This document shows positions 48,714-57,861 of a stretch of DNA of 64,000 nucleotides, one piece after another. Where the stretch lies: positions 14,302 to 78,301 of the forward strand of contig JBDRBF010000008.1 in the NCBI GenBank assembly GCA_043822925.1, in the 5' to 3' direction. The notes under the pieces were generated by a model. It saw nothing but the letters and a program-made list of their open reading frames with translations. It was not told the DNA's origin and did no database searches. A program made the translations under genes and the position numbers. Every line of letters begins with the position of its first letter. The first letter of the stretch is position 1. The DNA is from a bacterium (GTDB lineage: Bacteria > Babelota > Babeliae > Babelales > RVW-14).

Positions 48714-50060
48714 ATGAGCATTTTTTTCACAAATACATTAACGAAAAAAAAAGAGCTTTTTGTTCCCGTAAATAAAGATAATATAGGGGTGTATGCCTGT
48801 GGCATCACCCCTTACGATTATGCGCATTTGGGCCACGCTCGATGTTTTATTAATGCAGATATTTTCATCAGATTTCTACGTTTTATGAACTATGACGTTA
48901 CGTTTGTTAGAAACTATACAGATATAGATGACAAAATTCTGGCAAAGGCTGAGCAATCAGGCGTCGCCCATAACTATGCTCAAATTACCGAAAAATTTAT
49001 ACGAGCTTATCAAGAAGACATGCAAGCACTACACTGTCTAACGCCAGACCACGAACCGCGTGTAACACAACATATTCCAGAGATAATTAATTTTATCGAA
49101 CAATTAATCGACAATAAAAAAGCTTATGTAATAGATCATGACGTCTATTTTAATCTTTCATCATACCCCGAGTATGGCAAACTATCTGGTAAAAAAATCG
49201 ACGAACTGGAAGCCGGCTCACGTGTCAAAGTAGATCCACGCAAAAAAAATCCTGGTGACTTTGTTCTCTGGAAAGGCAACAACGATAAACACTTCTGGCT
49301 ATCCCCCTGGGGGTATGGACGCCCTGGCTGGCACATCGAATGCTCTGTTTTAGCTAAAAAGTATCTGGGTTCTACCATAGACATTCACATGGGCGGGCAA
49401 GATTTAATGTTCCCACATCATGAAAACGAAATAGCACAATCAGAAAGTTTACACCATGCCCCTTTTGCTCGCTATTGGATACATAATGCTTTTGTTAACA
49501 TTAATAAAGAAAAAATGTCTAAATCTCTCGGAAACTTTATTACCCTCAAAGATATTTTCAAAGAAATTAACCCAATGGTCTTGCGCTACTTCTTTTTACA
49601 ACATCATTATCGCACACCGATCGATTTTAACATCGATGAATTAACAGGTGTCCAAACAGCTTACAAAAAACTTATAGCCCAACTGGGAAGCCCTATAGTT
49701 GAGCAAAAAACAAATCCCGACTATAAACAATTTGCTTCGCTAAACGAACCAATAAAATCCATGCTCGAAGCGTTATCTGACGATTTAAATACCCCAAAAT
49801 TCTTGGGACTTGTGTTTCAAAATCTTGATCTAATTACACAATCACCAGAATTATGTGCTGCAACAAAAATACTTTTACAAAACGTGCTTGGCCTAAATTT
49901 GCAGCCGATACAAGAAAAAACCATAGAAATTACACCCGAAATTCAAAAGCTCATAGACGAACGAGAAAAAGCACGGGAAACTAAAAATTGGACCCGTTCA
50001 GATCAACTACGAGACCAACTCTTGCAACTTGGCATTAAAGTCCAAGATAAAAAAAAGTAG
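48714..50060 (+). CDS. cysS: cysteine--tRNA ligase
   Basis: 448 aa; HLGHAR (HIGH), KMSKSLGN (KMSKS), Cys/His zinc-ligand context WHIECS. Confidence 0.95.
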   Translation: MSIFFTNTLTKKKELFVPVNKDNIGVYACGITPYDYAHLGHARCFINADIFIRFLRFMNYDVTFVRNYTDIDDKILAKAEQSGVAHNYAQITEKFIRAYQEDMQALHCLTPDHEPRVTQHIPEIINFIEQLIDNKKAYVIDHDVYFNLSSYPEYGKLSGKKIDELEAGSRVKVDPRKKNPGDFVLWKGNNDKHFWLSPWGYGRPGWHIECSVLAKKYLGSTIDIHMGGQDLMFPHHENEIAQSESLHHAPFARYWIHNAFVNINKEKMSKSLGNFITLKDIFKEINPMVLRYFFLQHHYRTPIDFNIDELTGVQTAYKKLIAQLGSPIVEQKTNPDYKQFASLNEPIKSMLEALSDDLNTPKFLGLVFQNLDLITQSPELCAATKILLQNVLGLNLQPIQEKTIEITPEIQKLIDEREKARETKNWTRSDQLRDQLLQLGIKVQDKKK

Positions 50061-50154
50061 TTTTTTCTATTTTATAATGCGCTCATGCTAAGCTCTGAGT
50101 TTATCAGGGGTATAAATATCCGTACGACATTAAAAATAAAGGCTATAAAAGCGT

Positions 50155-52002
50155 ATGCTGCCACATTTTTTTTCCTATAACAATGGCGACCACGAATTTA
50201 ATTTTAAAGAAACAATTAAATCACTCGGTCTAGTTTTTGGCGACATCGGAACAAGTCCTATCTATACAATGACCATAATTTTCGCCACTATGCCGATCAC
50301 TGTGCCAAATGTTATAGGCGTCTTATCACTCATTGCATGGACTCTCGGATTACTGGTTCTTCTCCAATACGCCATACTTGCCATGAATTTAAGTAGAAAA
50401 GGTGAAGGCGGAACAATCGTACTCAAAGAAATTCTCATTTCTTTAGTCAAATCAAATAAGAAAATTGCGTTTATTACATTTCTATCTTTTATAGGACTCT
50501 CTCTTTTTTTTGGTGATGGCGTTATCACGCCAGCTATCAGTATTTTGAGTGCCGTCGAGGGGCTTAAACTTATTCCCGGAGTTCAAGGCATATCAAAACT
50601 TACTATTATCTGCATAGCAATCGTTATAACGTTTTTTTTATTCTTTTTTCAAAAACGTGGTACCGATAAAGTTTCAGTCGCCTTTGGTCCTATTATGCTC
50701 ATATGGTTTACAACCCTTGCTATTTCTGGTTTTATAGCACTTATTCATGCTCCTTTTGTTTTTCAAGCATTAAACCCCTACTATGCCATTAACTTTATGT
50801 TAAAAAATGGAATCGCTGCTTTTTTTGTTCTTTCAGAGGTAATACTGTGTGCCACAGGAGGAGAAGCTCTTTATGCAGATATGGGACATCTTGGAAAGAA
50901 ACCAATTCAACACGCAGGAATTATCGTTTTCCCATCACTTATTTTAGCATATTTCGGGCAAGGAGCTTTCTTACTTACTCATCATGAAACAGGAAATGTT
51001 CTCTATAAAATGATTCTCAATCAAGCAGCTTTTTTATACATCCCATTTCTTTTATTAAGTTTAGCCGCGACCGTTATTGCCTCTCAGGCCATGATCAGTG
51101 GAATATTTTCTATAGCATATCAAGGCATTACCACAAAAGTCCTTCCCAATCTAAAAATTGATTACACATCAAGAAAATTTCGCTCTCAAATTTATCTTGG
51201 CGGCGTCAACTGGTTCCTATTTGCAGCAGTTGTCACAATTATTATTCGCTTTGAATCATCAAGTGGACTCGCTGCAGCTTACGGCTTAGCCGCTACAGGG
51301 ACCATGACCATAACAGGCATAATGATGAGTTCAATATTTTTCTTACGCAAAAAATATTTAAAAGCGATAACAGCCGTATTCCTAACATTACTCAATATTG
51401 CTTACCTATGTTCTAATAGTGTAAAAATCCCATCAGGCGGATATTGGTCAATAGTTCTTGCACTTATCCCTCTTAGCCTCATTTTAATTTACACCAAAGG
51501 CCAACACAAAATGGAAACAAGTCTCAAACCAATGCCACTCGAACAATTTCTTGAAAAATATAACATTACGTATGCAAACACGGCACACATAGATGGTACA
51601 GCATTATTTTTTGTAAAAGAATTACAAGACGTCGTCGATCCATATGTTGAACAAACCATGTTCAAAAATAACATTATTTATAAAGACAATATTATTACTT
51701 CAATTATAACACGCGACAACCCATTCGGAGTTATTGGGTTCTTTAAAGGTGATCTGGCCCCTGGGCTCAGAATTTTTGAAATTCACATGGGATACATGGA
51801 AGTTATTAATATCGAAAAAATTTTACATAACGCGGGCATAAACGCAAAAGTTATTTTTTACGGGCTAGAAGACATAGACACCAAAAATATTGTCTGGAAA
51901 TGCTTCTCACTTATTAAAGACATTACACCATCGTTTGTTCGTTTTCACAGATTACCCCCGTACAAATTACACGGCGTTGTTACATTAATAGAAATGAAAT
52001 AA
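50155..52002 (+). CDS. kup: KUP-family potassium transporter
   Basis: 615 aa; LVFGDIGTSPIYT signature, about 12 TM segments, cytosolic C-terminal domain. Confidence 0.9.
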   Translation: MLPHFFSYNNGDHEFNFKETIKSLGLVFGDIGTSPIYTMTIIFATMPITVPNVIGVLSLIAWTLGLLVLLQYAILAMNLSRKGEGGTIVLKEILISLVKSNKKIAFITFLSFIGLSLFFGDGVITPAISILSAVEGLKLIPGVQGISKLTIICIAIVITFFLFFFQKRGTDKVSVAFGPIMLIWFTTLAISGFIALIHAPFVFQALNPYYAINFMLKNGIAAFFVLSEVILCATGGEALYADMGHLGKKPIQHAGIIVFPSLILAYFGQGAFLLTHHETGNVLYKMILNQAAFLYIPFLLLSLAATVIASQAMISGIFSIAYQGITTKVLPNLKIDYTSRKFRSQIYLGGVNWFLFAAVVTIIIRFESSSGLAAAYGLAATGTMTITGIMMSSIFFLRKKYLKAITAVFLTLLNIAYLCSNSVKIPSGGYWSIVLALIPLSLILIYTKGQHKMETSLKPMPLEQFLEKYNITYANTAHIDGTALFFVKELQDVVDPYVEQTMFKNNIIYKDNIITSIITRDNPFGVIGFFKGDLAPGLRIFEIHMGYMEVINIEKILHNAGINAKVIFYGLEDIDTKNIVWKCFSLIKDITPSFVRFHRLPPYKLHGVVTLIEMK

Positions 52003-52013
52003 CCCCATGCGCT

Positions 52014-52092
52014 CCTGGGGTTAAAAACCGCCAGGCTAAAGAACAGGAAGCCACGCTCGTTATTTACAATAACTATCTGATTTTGAAGATAT
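52014..52092 (+). repeat. dispersed intergenic repeat, copy B (overlaps the 3' end of idi)
   Basis: See copy A for the hand-counted identities. It lacks the roughly 12-nt gctacg...cgtagc hairpin insert present in copy A. Confidence 0.8.
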
Positions 52093-52653
52093 AGACGTAG
52101 TGTCGATTACTTTTTGCGCACAAACCTTGAGCCAATACGTATATTTATCCGGACAAGCAATTATATCACATAGCAAATCGTCCGGACAAACCCAAGCATA
52201 ATCTGCAACTTCTTCTGTATTTGGACACACCGGCCCATCATATTGCCCAATAAATACATGGTCAAACTCATGCTCACAAAGCGTTTTACGATTATTTTCA
52301 CGGTCTTTTTGAACCTGCACTGGATCATCAAATGTTACTTTATATATAAACGCAAAAACTTCTGTTACTTCACACACAAAACCCATTTCTTCTTGCAAGC
52401 GCCTAAGCGCTGCTTGCTGAATACTTTCTCCAGGCCTAGGGTGACTACAGCATGTATTACTCCACAACCCAGGTGAATGATATTTGCCATGCGCTCTTTG
52501 ATGTATAAGCACCTGGCCCTGTGAATTAAATATAAAAACAGAAAAAGCCCGGTGCAATAAACCCATTTCATGAGCTGCAAGCTTTTCTTGTATGCCAATT
52601 TGATTATCATACTGATCGACTAAAATTACAATTTCTTCACATTGTTTTGGCAT
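52060..52653 (-). CDS. idi: isopentenyl-diphosphate delta-isomerase, type 1 (Nudix fold)
   Basis: 197 aa; HRAFSVFIFNSQGQVLIHQRAHGKYHSPGLWSNTCCSHPRPGES and EHEFDHVFIG patterns. Confidence 0.85.
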   Translation of the reverse strand: MPKQCEEIVILVDQYDNQIGIQEKLAAHEMGLLHRAFSVFIFNSQGQVLIHQRAHGKYHSPGLWSNTCCSHPRPGESIQQAALRRLQEEMGFVCEVTEVFAFIYKVTFDDPVQVQKDRENNRKTLCEHEFDHVFIGQYDGPVCPNTEEVADYAWVCPDDLLCDIIACPDKYTYWLKVCAQKVIDTTSISSKSDSYCK

Positions 52654-52801
52654 AAGCCCCCCGATTAAACACTTATTTTTCGTAAATTTTTACACAAAAA
52701 TCAAGAATATAAAAATGCATTTAAGCTCTTATTATCCAGCTAAAACCCCTCTCTGTCAAAAGCCATAAACACAACCAATCCAAAAAGAACATGCACAAAC
52801 G

Positions 52802-52830
52802 TTGACAAAGCACCCAATTATCTGTAAATT
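52802..52830 (+). promoter_or_regulatory. sigma70-type promoter for tRNA-Gly
   Basis: TTGACA (52802-52807), 17-nt spacer, TAAATT (52825-52830), about 27 nt upstream of the mature tRNA 5' end. Confidence 0.5.
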
Positions 52831-52857
52831 TTAACCAACTTAAATACCGACCAATAC

Positions 52858-52932
52858 GCGGGAATAGCTCAGCGGTAGAGCATTGCCTTGCCAAGGCAAG
52901 GGTCGCGGGTTCGAATCCCGGTTCCCGCTCCA
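52858..52932 (+). tRNA. tRNA-Gly (anticodon GCC), CCA encoded
   Basis: Cloverleaf folded by hand. 7-bp acceptor gcgggaa/ttcccgc; D stem gctc/gagc; anticodon stem ttgcc/ggcaa with loop ttGCCaa; 5-nt variable loop; T arm gcggg-ttcgaat-cccgg (outer pair G-G mismatch); discriminator T then CCA. Confidence 0.93.
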
Positions 52933-53253
52933 TCTTTTATTAACCCCCTAACCTATGATACCCGACTTGAGCCGTCTAAACGTGAAATTTGTTCTTTAAT
53001 GTTTAACGGCAAGCTGTTACTCTAATCCCTGCAAAATTGCCATTATTCAAATATTTACACCAGCGATTGCACTACAAAGTAAATTTTGTTACATTTTTAT
53101 GGGAAATAAGCATATTCCCGTTCCCCCCAAAAAGCATTACGCTATAGGCGGGGCCAAGAACTTCACTCTTATTTTCCTGAGCAACGGACACACGGCAAAA
53201 ATGTATAAACGCTGAAAAATCAGCATGTTTTACCGACTAGAAAGGTTTACTGA

Positions 53254-53994
53254 ATGAAATCGATGCTCCATGAAGCTCCTACTGTTATTAAAGCAATTGA
53301 AAAAGCGTGGACTGACTCCGGACAACCATCTGAATTCACCATAAAAGTCCTGGAAACAGGAGAAACAAGCTTTTTGTGGTTTTCCAAACATCCAGCCATT
53401 ATTTCTATGACCTACGATCCTAAAAAACAACTAAAAAAAACGGACGTACCAAAAGAAAAACCGGCAGCAGGACAAACGACACAAAGCTCACAATTTAAGA
53501 GACAGGGTCAACACCAATCCCCATCGCAAACACAACAAGCGCAGCCTTCTGGGCAAAAATACCAAGACAACAGACAACAACGACCTACGCAACAAACACA
53601 AACCCAACCAGGGCAGCAACTACGTCAACAAGCCCAAACACAACAAACTAGCCAACAAATGCAAGGAGATCAGCCCCTTTTTGAAAGAACACCACTCGCG
53701 TGGATCGATGAATGGATTGAAACCATCGATAAAGACCTCAAAGACATCATGGTCGTAATGGGCATTGATACCCCATTTACTATACAAGCTGACAAAAAAA
53801 CGCTTCATATTAATTTTACAAAAAACATTTTAGCAACCCCTGAAGAAGAACGTCTTTTGTTTATTAGCTTGTCATACCTGCTAATACAATTTTTAAAAAA
53901 GCGCTTCAAGAAAAAACTACGCGGTTTTCACCTTCTTATAAAATCTAAACAAATACAAACCAATGACACACATTCAAACAGCACCATTGGATAA
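53254..53994 (+). CDS. jag: Jag-like (Jag_N + KH) RNA-binding protein with a Q-rich insert
   Basis: 246 aa; N-terminal EAPTVIKAIEKAWTDSGQPSEFTIKVLETGE resembles the Jag N-terminal domain; about 75-aa Q/T/P-rich tract; located directly upstream of mnmE. Confidence 0.55.
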   Translation: MKSMLHEAPTVIKAIEKAWTDSGQPSEFTIKVLETGETSFLWFSKHPAIISMTYDPKKQLKKTDVPKEKPAAGQTTQSSQFKRQGQHQSPSQTQQAQPSGQKYQDNRQQRPTQQTQTQPGQQLRQQAQTQQTSQQMQGDQPLFERTPLAWIDEWIETIDKDLKDIMVVMGIDTPFTIQADKKTLHINFTKNILATPEEERLLFISLSYLLIQFLKKRFKKKLRGFHLLIKSKQIQTNDTHSNSTIG

Positions 53995-55447
53995 AGATCA
54001 AGAAACCATCGTTGCCTTGTGTACACCACGAGGCAACGGTGCTCTCGCGTTAATTCGCCTAACTGGCATTGATGCAGTAAAAATCACAGATAAAATTACA
54101 AAACTATCTTCAAAAAAAAAATTACAAGACTGCAAAACCCACACCATTCACCATGGGTTTGTCATAATCCCAAACAATAAACCTGATATAAAAAAACAAG
54201 ACCAAACTAAAAACAAATCTGACAGTCAAACACCGAGTGATAATAAAAGTAATATTATTGACGAAGTTTTGTTTTTTCTCATGCGCGCGCCAAAAACATT
54301 TACTGGTCAAGATACGGTCGAAATAAGCTGCCACAACAATCTTTTTATTGTCGATAGCATTATAAATTGCTGTGTCGCCATGGGCGCTAGGCTAGCACAA
54401 GCCGGGGAATACAGCAAACGCGCATACTTAAACGGAAAAATAGACTTACTACAGGCTGAAGCCATTAACGAAATGATTAGCGCGCAAACAGAACTCGCAC
54501 TACGCACATCGCTGGCCCAACTGCAGGGCAGCCTCTCTCACCATATAAAAACTATCGAAACCGATCTTTTTAATCTCTTATGTTTAATTGAATCAAGTTT
54601 TGAATTCTTAGAAGAAGAACAACACGATTTAAATATCGACAATATTATTAATCAAAAGACACACGATTTACTCACAAAAATAAATGATACAAAAGCACAC
54701 TTTAATACTCAGCAGCAAATAAAAGAAGGCCTACGCATAGCAATTATCGGATCAGTAAATGCGGGAAAATCTACACTATTTAATGCTCTTGTAAAAAAAG
54801 AACGAGCCATCGTTACCAGTCAACCAGGGACAACTCGTGATTCTATAGAGTACAGTTTATATAAAAATGGCAACTTTTGGCTTGTTATCGATACAGCCGG
54901 AATACGGCACACGCAAGACAGCATAGAACAAGAAGGCATACAGCGATCATATAACGAAGCTGCTACTGCCGACATTATTTTACTCGTCATTGACGCATCT
55001 AGCAAATTAGATGATCATGAACAAAAAATTTACACAGACTTAACAACTCAGTATCCTAGTAAAATTATTACGATTTTAAACAAAGTTGATATAAAAATTT
55101 TAGAAACAAAAGATTTACAATTTCTGCATGAAATACAACCAATACACGTATCCGCAAAAGATAATATTGGCATTACGAATTTAGAAACTAAAATAGAAAC
55201 AAAAATTCAAAATCTATTCGCTCAATTACAATCACCGTTCTTGCTCAATCAACGACAATTTAAACTTTTAAGTGAAATTGCACTAAAACTAGAAAACATT
55301 GCAGACAGCTACACCGATGTTATACAATATGAGTTGGCAGCATATCATCTTAAAGAAATTTTAGAAAATATAGCGCAACTCACCGGTAAAAACATCACTG
55401 AAGGCCTTTTAGATACGATCTTTAAGACATTTTGTGTTGGAAAATAA
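53963..55447 (+). CDS. mnmE: tRNA modification GTPase MnmE
   Basis: 494 aa; ETIVALCTPRGNGALALIRLTG N-terminus; G domain GSVNAGKSTLFNAL, DTAGIR, NKVD; C-terminal FCVGK. 32-nt overlap with jag. Confidence 0.9.
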   Translation: MTHIQTAPLDKDQETIVALCTPRGNGALALIRLTGIDAVKITDKITKLSSKKKLQDCKTHTIHHGFVIIPNNKPDIKKQDQTKNKSDSQTPSDNKSNIIDEVLFFLMRAPKTFTGQDTVEISCHNNLFIVDSIINCCVAMGARLAQAGEYSKRAYLNGKIDLLQAEAINEMISAQTELALRTSLAQLQGSLSHHIKTIETDLFNLLCLIESSFEFLEEEQHDLNIDNIINQKTHDLLTKINDTKAHFNTQQQIKEGLRIAIIGSVNAGKSTLFNALVKKERAIVTSQPGTTRDSIEYSLYKNGNFWLVIDTAGIRHTQDSIEQEGIQRSYNEAATADIILLVIDASSKLDDHEQKIYTDLTTQYPSKIITILNKVDIKILETKDLQFLHEIQPIHVSAKDNIGITNLETKIETKIQNLFAQLQSPFLLNQRQFKLLSEIALKLENIADSYTDVIQYELAAYHLKEILENIAQLTGKNITEGLLDTIFKTFCVGK

Positions 55448-55498
55448 CATTTTTAAGAAGTTCTTTTTACCGTGGTAAAACAAGGTTAAGGGGGGTAC

Positions 55499-56806
55499 AT
55501 GAAGAAAGTAACAGCGCTTTGTATAAAAAAAGTTTATCTATTACTTCTTATTTTTTTATACGCAAACAACTGTACAGGTACCGCTCACAAAGTTATCCAA
55601 ACAAACACTAAAAATCATAAAATAACTCGTAAACGCCCAAGAAAACGTCGTAAAAGAATTCCCAGACGCACAAAAAATCGTAGTAAACCACGCCGACCAG
55701 CACGCAGAACTAAACGTTTTTTACGACGCTCAAATCTACGCCACATAAATCAACGACTAATACAGCGCGAAAATCCACCAGAATTTTCAAAAACAATTTC
55801 ACATTTTATCCAGCCAACAGAAGCTCCTGAAATAAATAACCAAAAGCCATACATGTGGCAATCACAAAGCCAAATACCATTTAATGAACTTATCGTCTCA
55901 TGGAATGCTAAACGACCACTAACTGGTTATATGACTCTTTGGGTTCGCGTAAAACACCAAGACTGGTCTCCTTGGCATAAAATTGCCGAATGGGGCCAAA
56001 ATTACCAGCTAAGTTTTGCCAACACAAGAAACCAATTTGTTCATACCGCTTACGTCAAAATTGTCACAAAACAGGGACGCTTTGCCAACGCTTTTGGCAT
56101 TAAGGCCCTTTTCCATAATGGCGCACAAAAACAAGATCTTCATGCTCTGTTCGCCTGCTGCTCAAACCTAAAAAAATTTCAAGGAAATAAAACATCTTTT
56201 AATCAGCCATCGGTAACGATTTCTGGCATAACAGCACAATCACAAAAAGTTCTCGATCATGCACGCACCGGCGATCTGTGTTACCCAACATCAATGAGCA
56301 TGATTGTTAACTACTTCACCTCAATACTCAATAAAGACAAACATCCATGCTCGCTGAGTAATTTTGCAGTTGATTTTGCTGAGAAAGTTCACGATCTACG
56401 TCTTGATATTTTTGGCAATTGGTTGTTAAATACAGCCCAGGCATATGATGCAAGCGGTGGAGATGTCTTCTACCGCGCCGAACGTCTACGCAACTTTAAC
56501 GACATCTACAATCGTCTTATAAACAAAATACCGGTAGCGGTCAGTGTACGCAAACTTCATGGAGGCGCAACACCATACTCCAAAGGACATCTTATAACGA
56601 TCATTGGCTGGAACAATGAAACACAATCAGTAATCTGCTTAGATCCAGCTTTTAGGTCAAACAAAGCGGTGCATAAATCATACAAGTTAAATTACTTTGC
56701 GCGCGCATGGGCTCGACAATCAAACCTAAGTTATATCCCATTACCAAAAAAAGATATTTGGCTAAAATTTTGTCAAAACATGAACCCATTCCCAAAAACA
56801 ATCTAG
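55499..56806 (+). CDS. exported protein: polybasic tract plus C39-like (papain-fold) cysteine peptidase domain
   Basis: 435 aa; signal-like N-terminus. The 41-aa tract KITRKRPRKRRKRIPRRTKNRSKPRRPARRTKRFLRRSNLR has 24 R/K. C-terminal GDLCYPTSMSMIVNYF (Cys), KGHLITIIGWN (His) and LDPAF resemble the Peptidase_C39-like family. Confidence 0.5.
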   Translation: MKKVTALCIKKVYLLLLIFLYANNCTGTAHKVIQTNTKNHKITRKRPRKRRKRIPRRTKNRSKPRRPARRTKRFLRRSNLRHINQRLIQRENPPEFSKTISHFIQPTEAPEINNQKPYMWQSQSQIPFNELIVSWNAKRPLTGYMTLWVRVKHQDWSPWHKIAEWGQNYQLSFANTRNQFVHTAYVKIVTKQGRFANAFGIKALFHNGAQKQDLHALFACCSNLKKFQGNKTSFNQPSVTISGITAQSQKVLDHARTGDLCYPTSMSMIVNYFTSILNKDKHPCSLSNFAVDFAEKVHDLRLDIFGNWLLNTAQAYDASGGDVFYRAERLRNFNDIYNRLINKIPVAVSVRKLHGGATPYSKGHLITIIGWNNETQSVICLDPAFRSNKAVHKSYKLNYFARAWARQSNLSYIPLPKKDIWLKFCQNMNPFPKTI

Positions 56807-56860
56807 AACTTGATTAAGCACGCTTAGAAAATATTAGACCTTAAATCCAAACCTCGTCAA

Positions 56861-56974
56861 ACCTACGCAAAACGAGCGATAAGAACGTGTAGCTTTCGTC
56901 TTTGCCTCACGGCTACGTAGAACTTCACTGCTACACTCGTTACTTACAAAACGATTATTTTTTTAGAAGAAATA
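56861..56974 (+). repeat. dispersed intergenic repeat, copy C (longer variant lacking the 5' block)
   Basis: The core gctacactcgttacttacaaaacgatt (56929-56955) matches copy A in 25 of 27 nt. The upstream ctacgcaaaacg...cgtgtagc corresponds to the copy A hairpin with extra sequence. An imperfect inverted repeat joins 56872-56890 and 56929-56950. Confidence 0.7.
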
Positions 56975-57016
56975 TAACATTCGTATTTTAATGATAAAAA
57001 TACTCGAACTTCTGAT

Positions 57017-57055
57017 TAAAAAAAGGGAAAATTTGCAAAAGCATTTTTTCCCTTT
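57017..57055 (-). terminator. intrinsic terminator after the histone-like gene
   Basis: 10-bp stem aaagggaaaa / ttttcccttt with a 14-nt loop. On the minus strand the stem is followed by a T-run. Confidence 0.75.
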
Positions 57056-57078
57056 CTCAACGTGATTAGTCGCTGAAG

Positions 57079-57372
57079 TTACTTTTTCTTTCTGATGACT
57101 CGTGGCTTCATAGCAATTGGGCCAACTGGAGCAACAATAGCAAGTTTTACAACTTTTTTTGCTGCTTTTTTGGCTACTTTTTTCTTAGCTACTTTTTTTT
57201 TTGCTACTTTTTTAACTGCTTTTTTTGCTACTTTTTTTGCTACTTTTTTCTTAGCAACTTTTTTGACAACTTTTTTTGCTACTTTTTTTGCTACTTTTTT
57301 CTTAGCAACTTTTTTGACAGCTTTTTTGACAACTTTTTTTGCTACTTTTTTTGCTACCTTTTTCTTTGCCAT
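57079..57372 (-). CDS. histone H1-like Lys/Ala/Val-repeat protein (putative nucleoid-associated)
   Basis: 97 aa; MAKKKVAKKVAKKVVKKAVKKVAKKKVAKK... continuing for about 75 aa, then LAIVAPVGPIAMKPRVIRKKK. Strong AAGGAG RBS 7 nt upstream and its own terminator. The opposite-strand ORF is a mirror artefact. Confidence 0.65.
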   Translation of the reverse strand: MAKKKVAKKVAKKVVKKAVKKVAKKKVAKKVAKKVVKKVAKKKVAKKVAKKAVKKVAKKKVAKKKVAKKAAKKVVKLAIVAPVGPIAMKPRVIRKKK

Positions 57373-57861
57373 GAGATTCTCCTTTTTATCAGTAAAAGAT
57401 ATTAAGAACTCCCTTCTAGGTCATACTCTAATAACTTTTTTTCTCTATAGCCTTCTCTCCTTTAATTAATTATTCATCAATAACTTACAGCTATATATCC
57501 CGTTATTCTCATTATAGACAATTTTCTACCCCATTTGTCAAATAAACAAAAATATAAAGTGATTTTTTTTTCAAAATTAAAAAGCAATTCGCAACTCAAA
57601 ACACTCACTTCATATCGAATCAGAAGCCTTTTTCGCGTTTTTCTTCATTGCTAATTCAAATTTACGAGAAGCACAAGAAAAAGATATCTTGAAAATCAAA
57701 GATTATCAAAAAGCTTTGCTCTTAATCTATTCTATCTCATAAAAACTTTCAGCCTTTTTACAAAATACTTAAAAAAAACCTAAATTTCTAATATGGTTAA
57801 CAAAGACTGTGATGCAAAAAATACGATTTAACCCAGCTTTTTTAAGTATAAGGACAGATAC

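Noticed and set aside
52721-52933. 70-aa minus-strand ORF.
   Set aside because: It overlaps the tRNA-Gly gene and its promoter on the opposite strand, and its sequence (MEREPGFEPATLALARQCS...) is simply the tRNA read backwards.
53099-53215. 38-aa ORF (MGNKHIPVPPKKHYAIGGAKNFTLIFLSNGHTAKMYKR) and small hairpins (gggaata-agca-tattccc; gctga-aaaa-tcagc) between tRNA-Gly and jag.
   Set aside because: No RBS, no recognisable family, and the hairpins are short and AT-rich. This is insufficient evidence for a gene or ncRNA.
57095-57469. 124-aa plus-strand ORF (FFATFFLATFF...) opposite the histone-like gene.
   Set aside because: It is a mirror translation of the KKVA repeat. The minus-strand frame has a strong AAGGAG RBS and a matching terminator, and the plus frame has neither.
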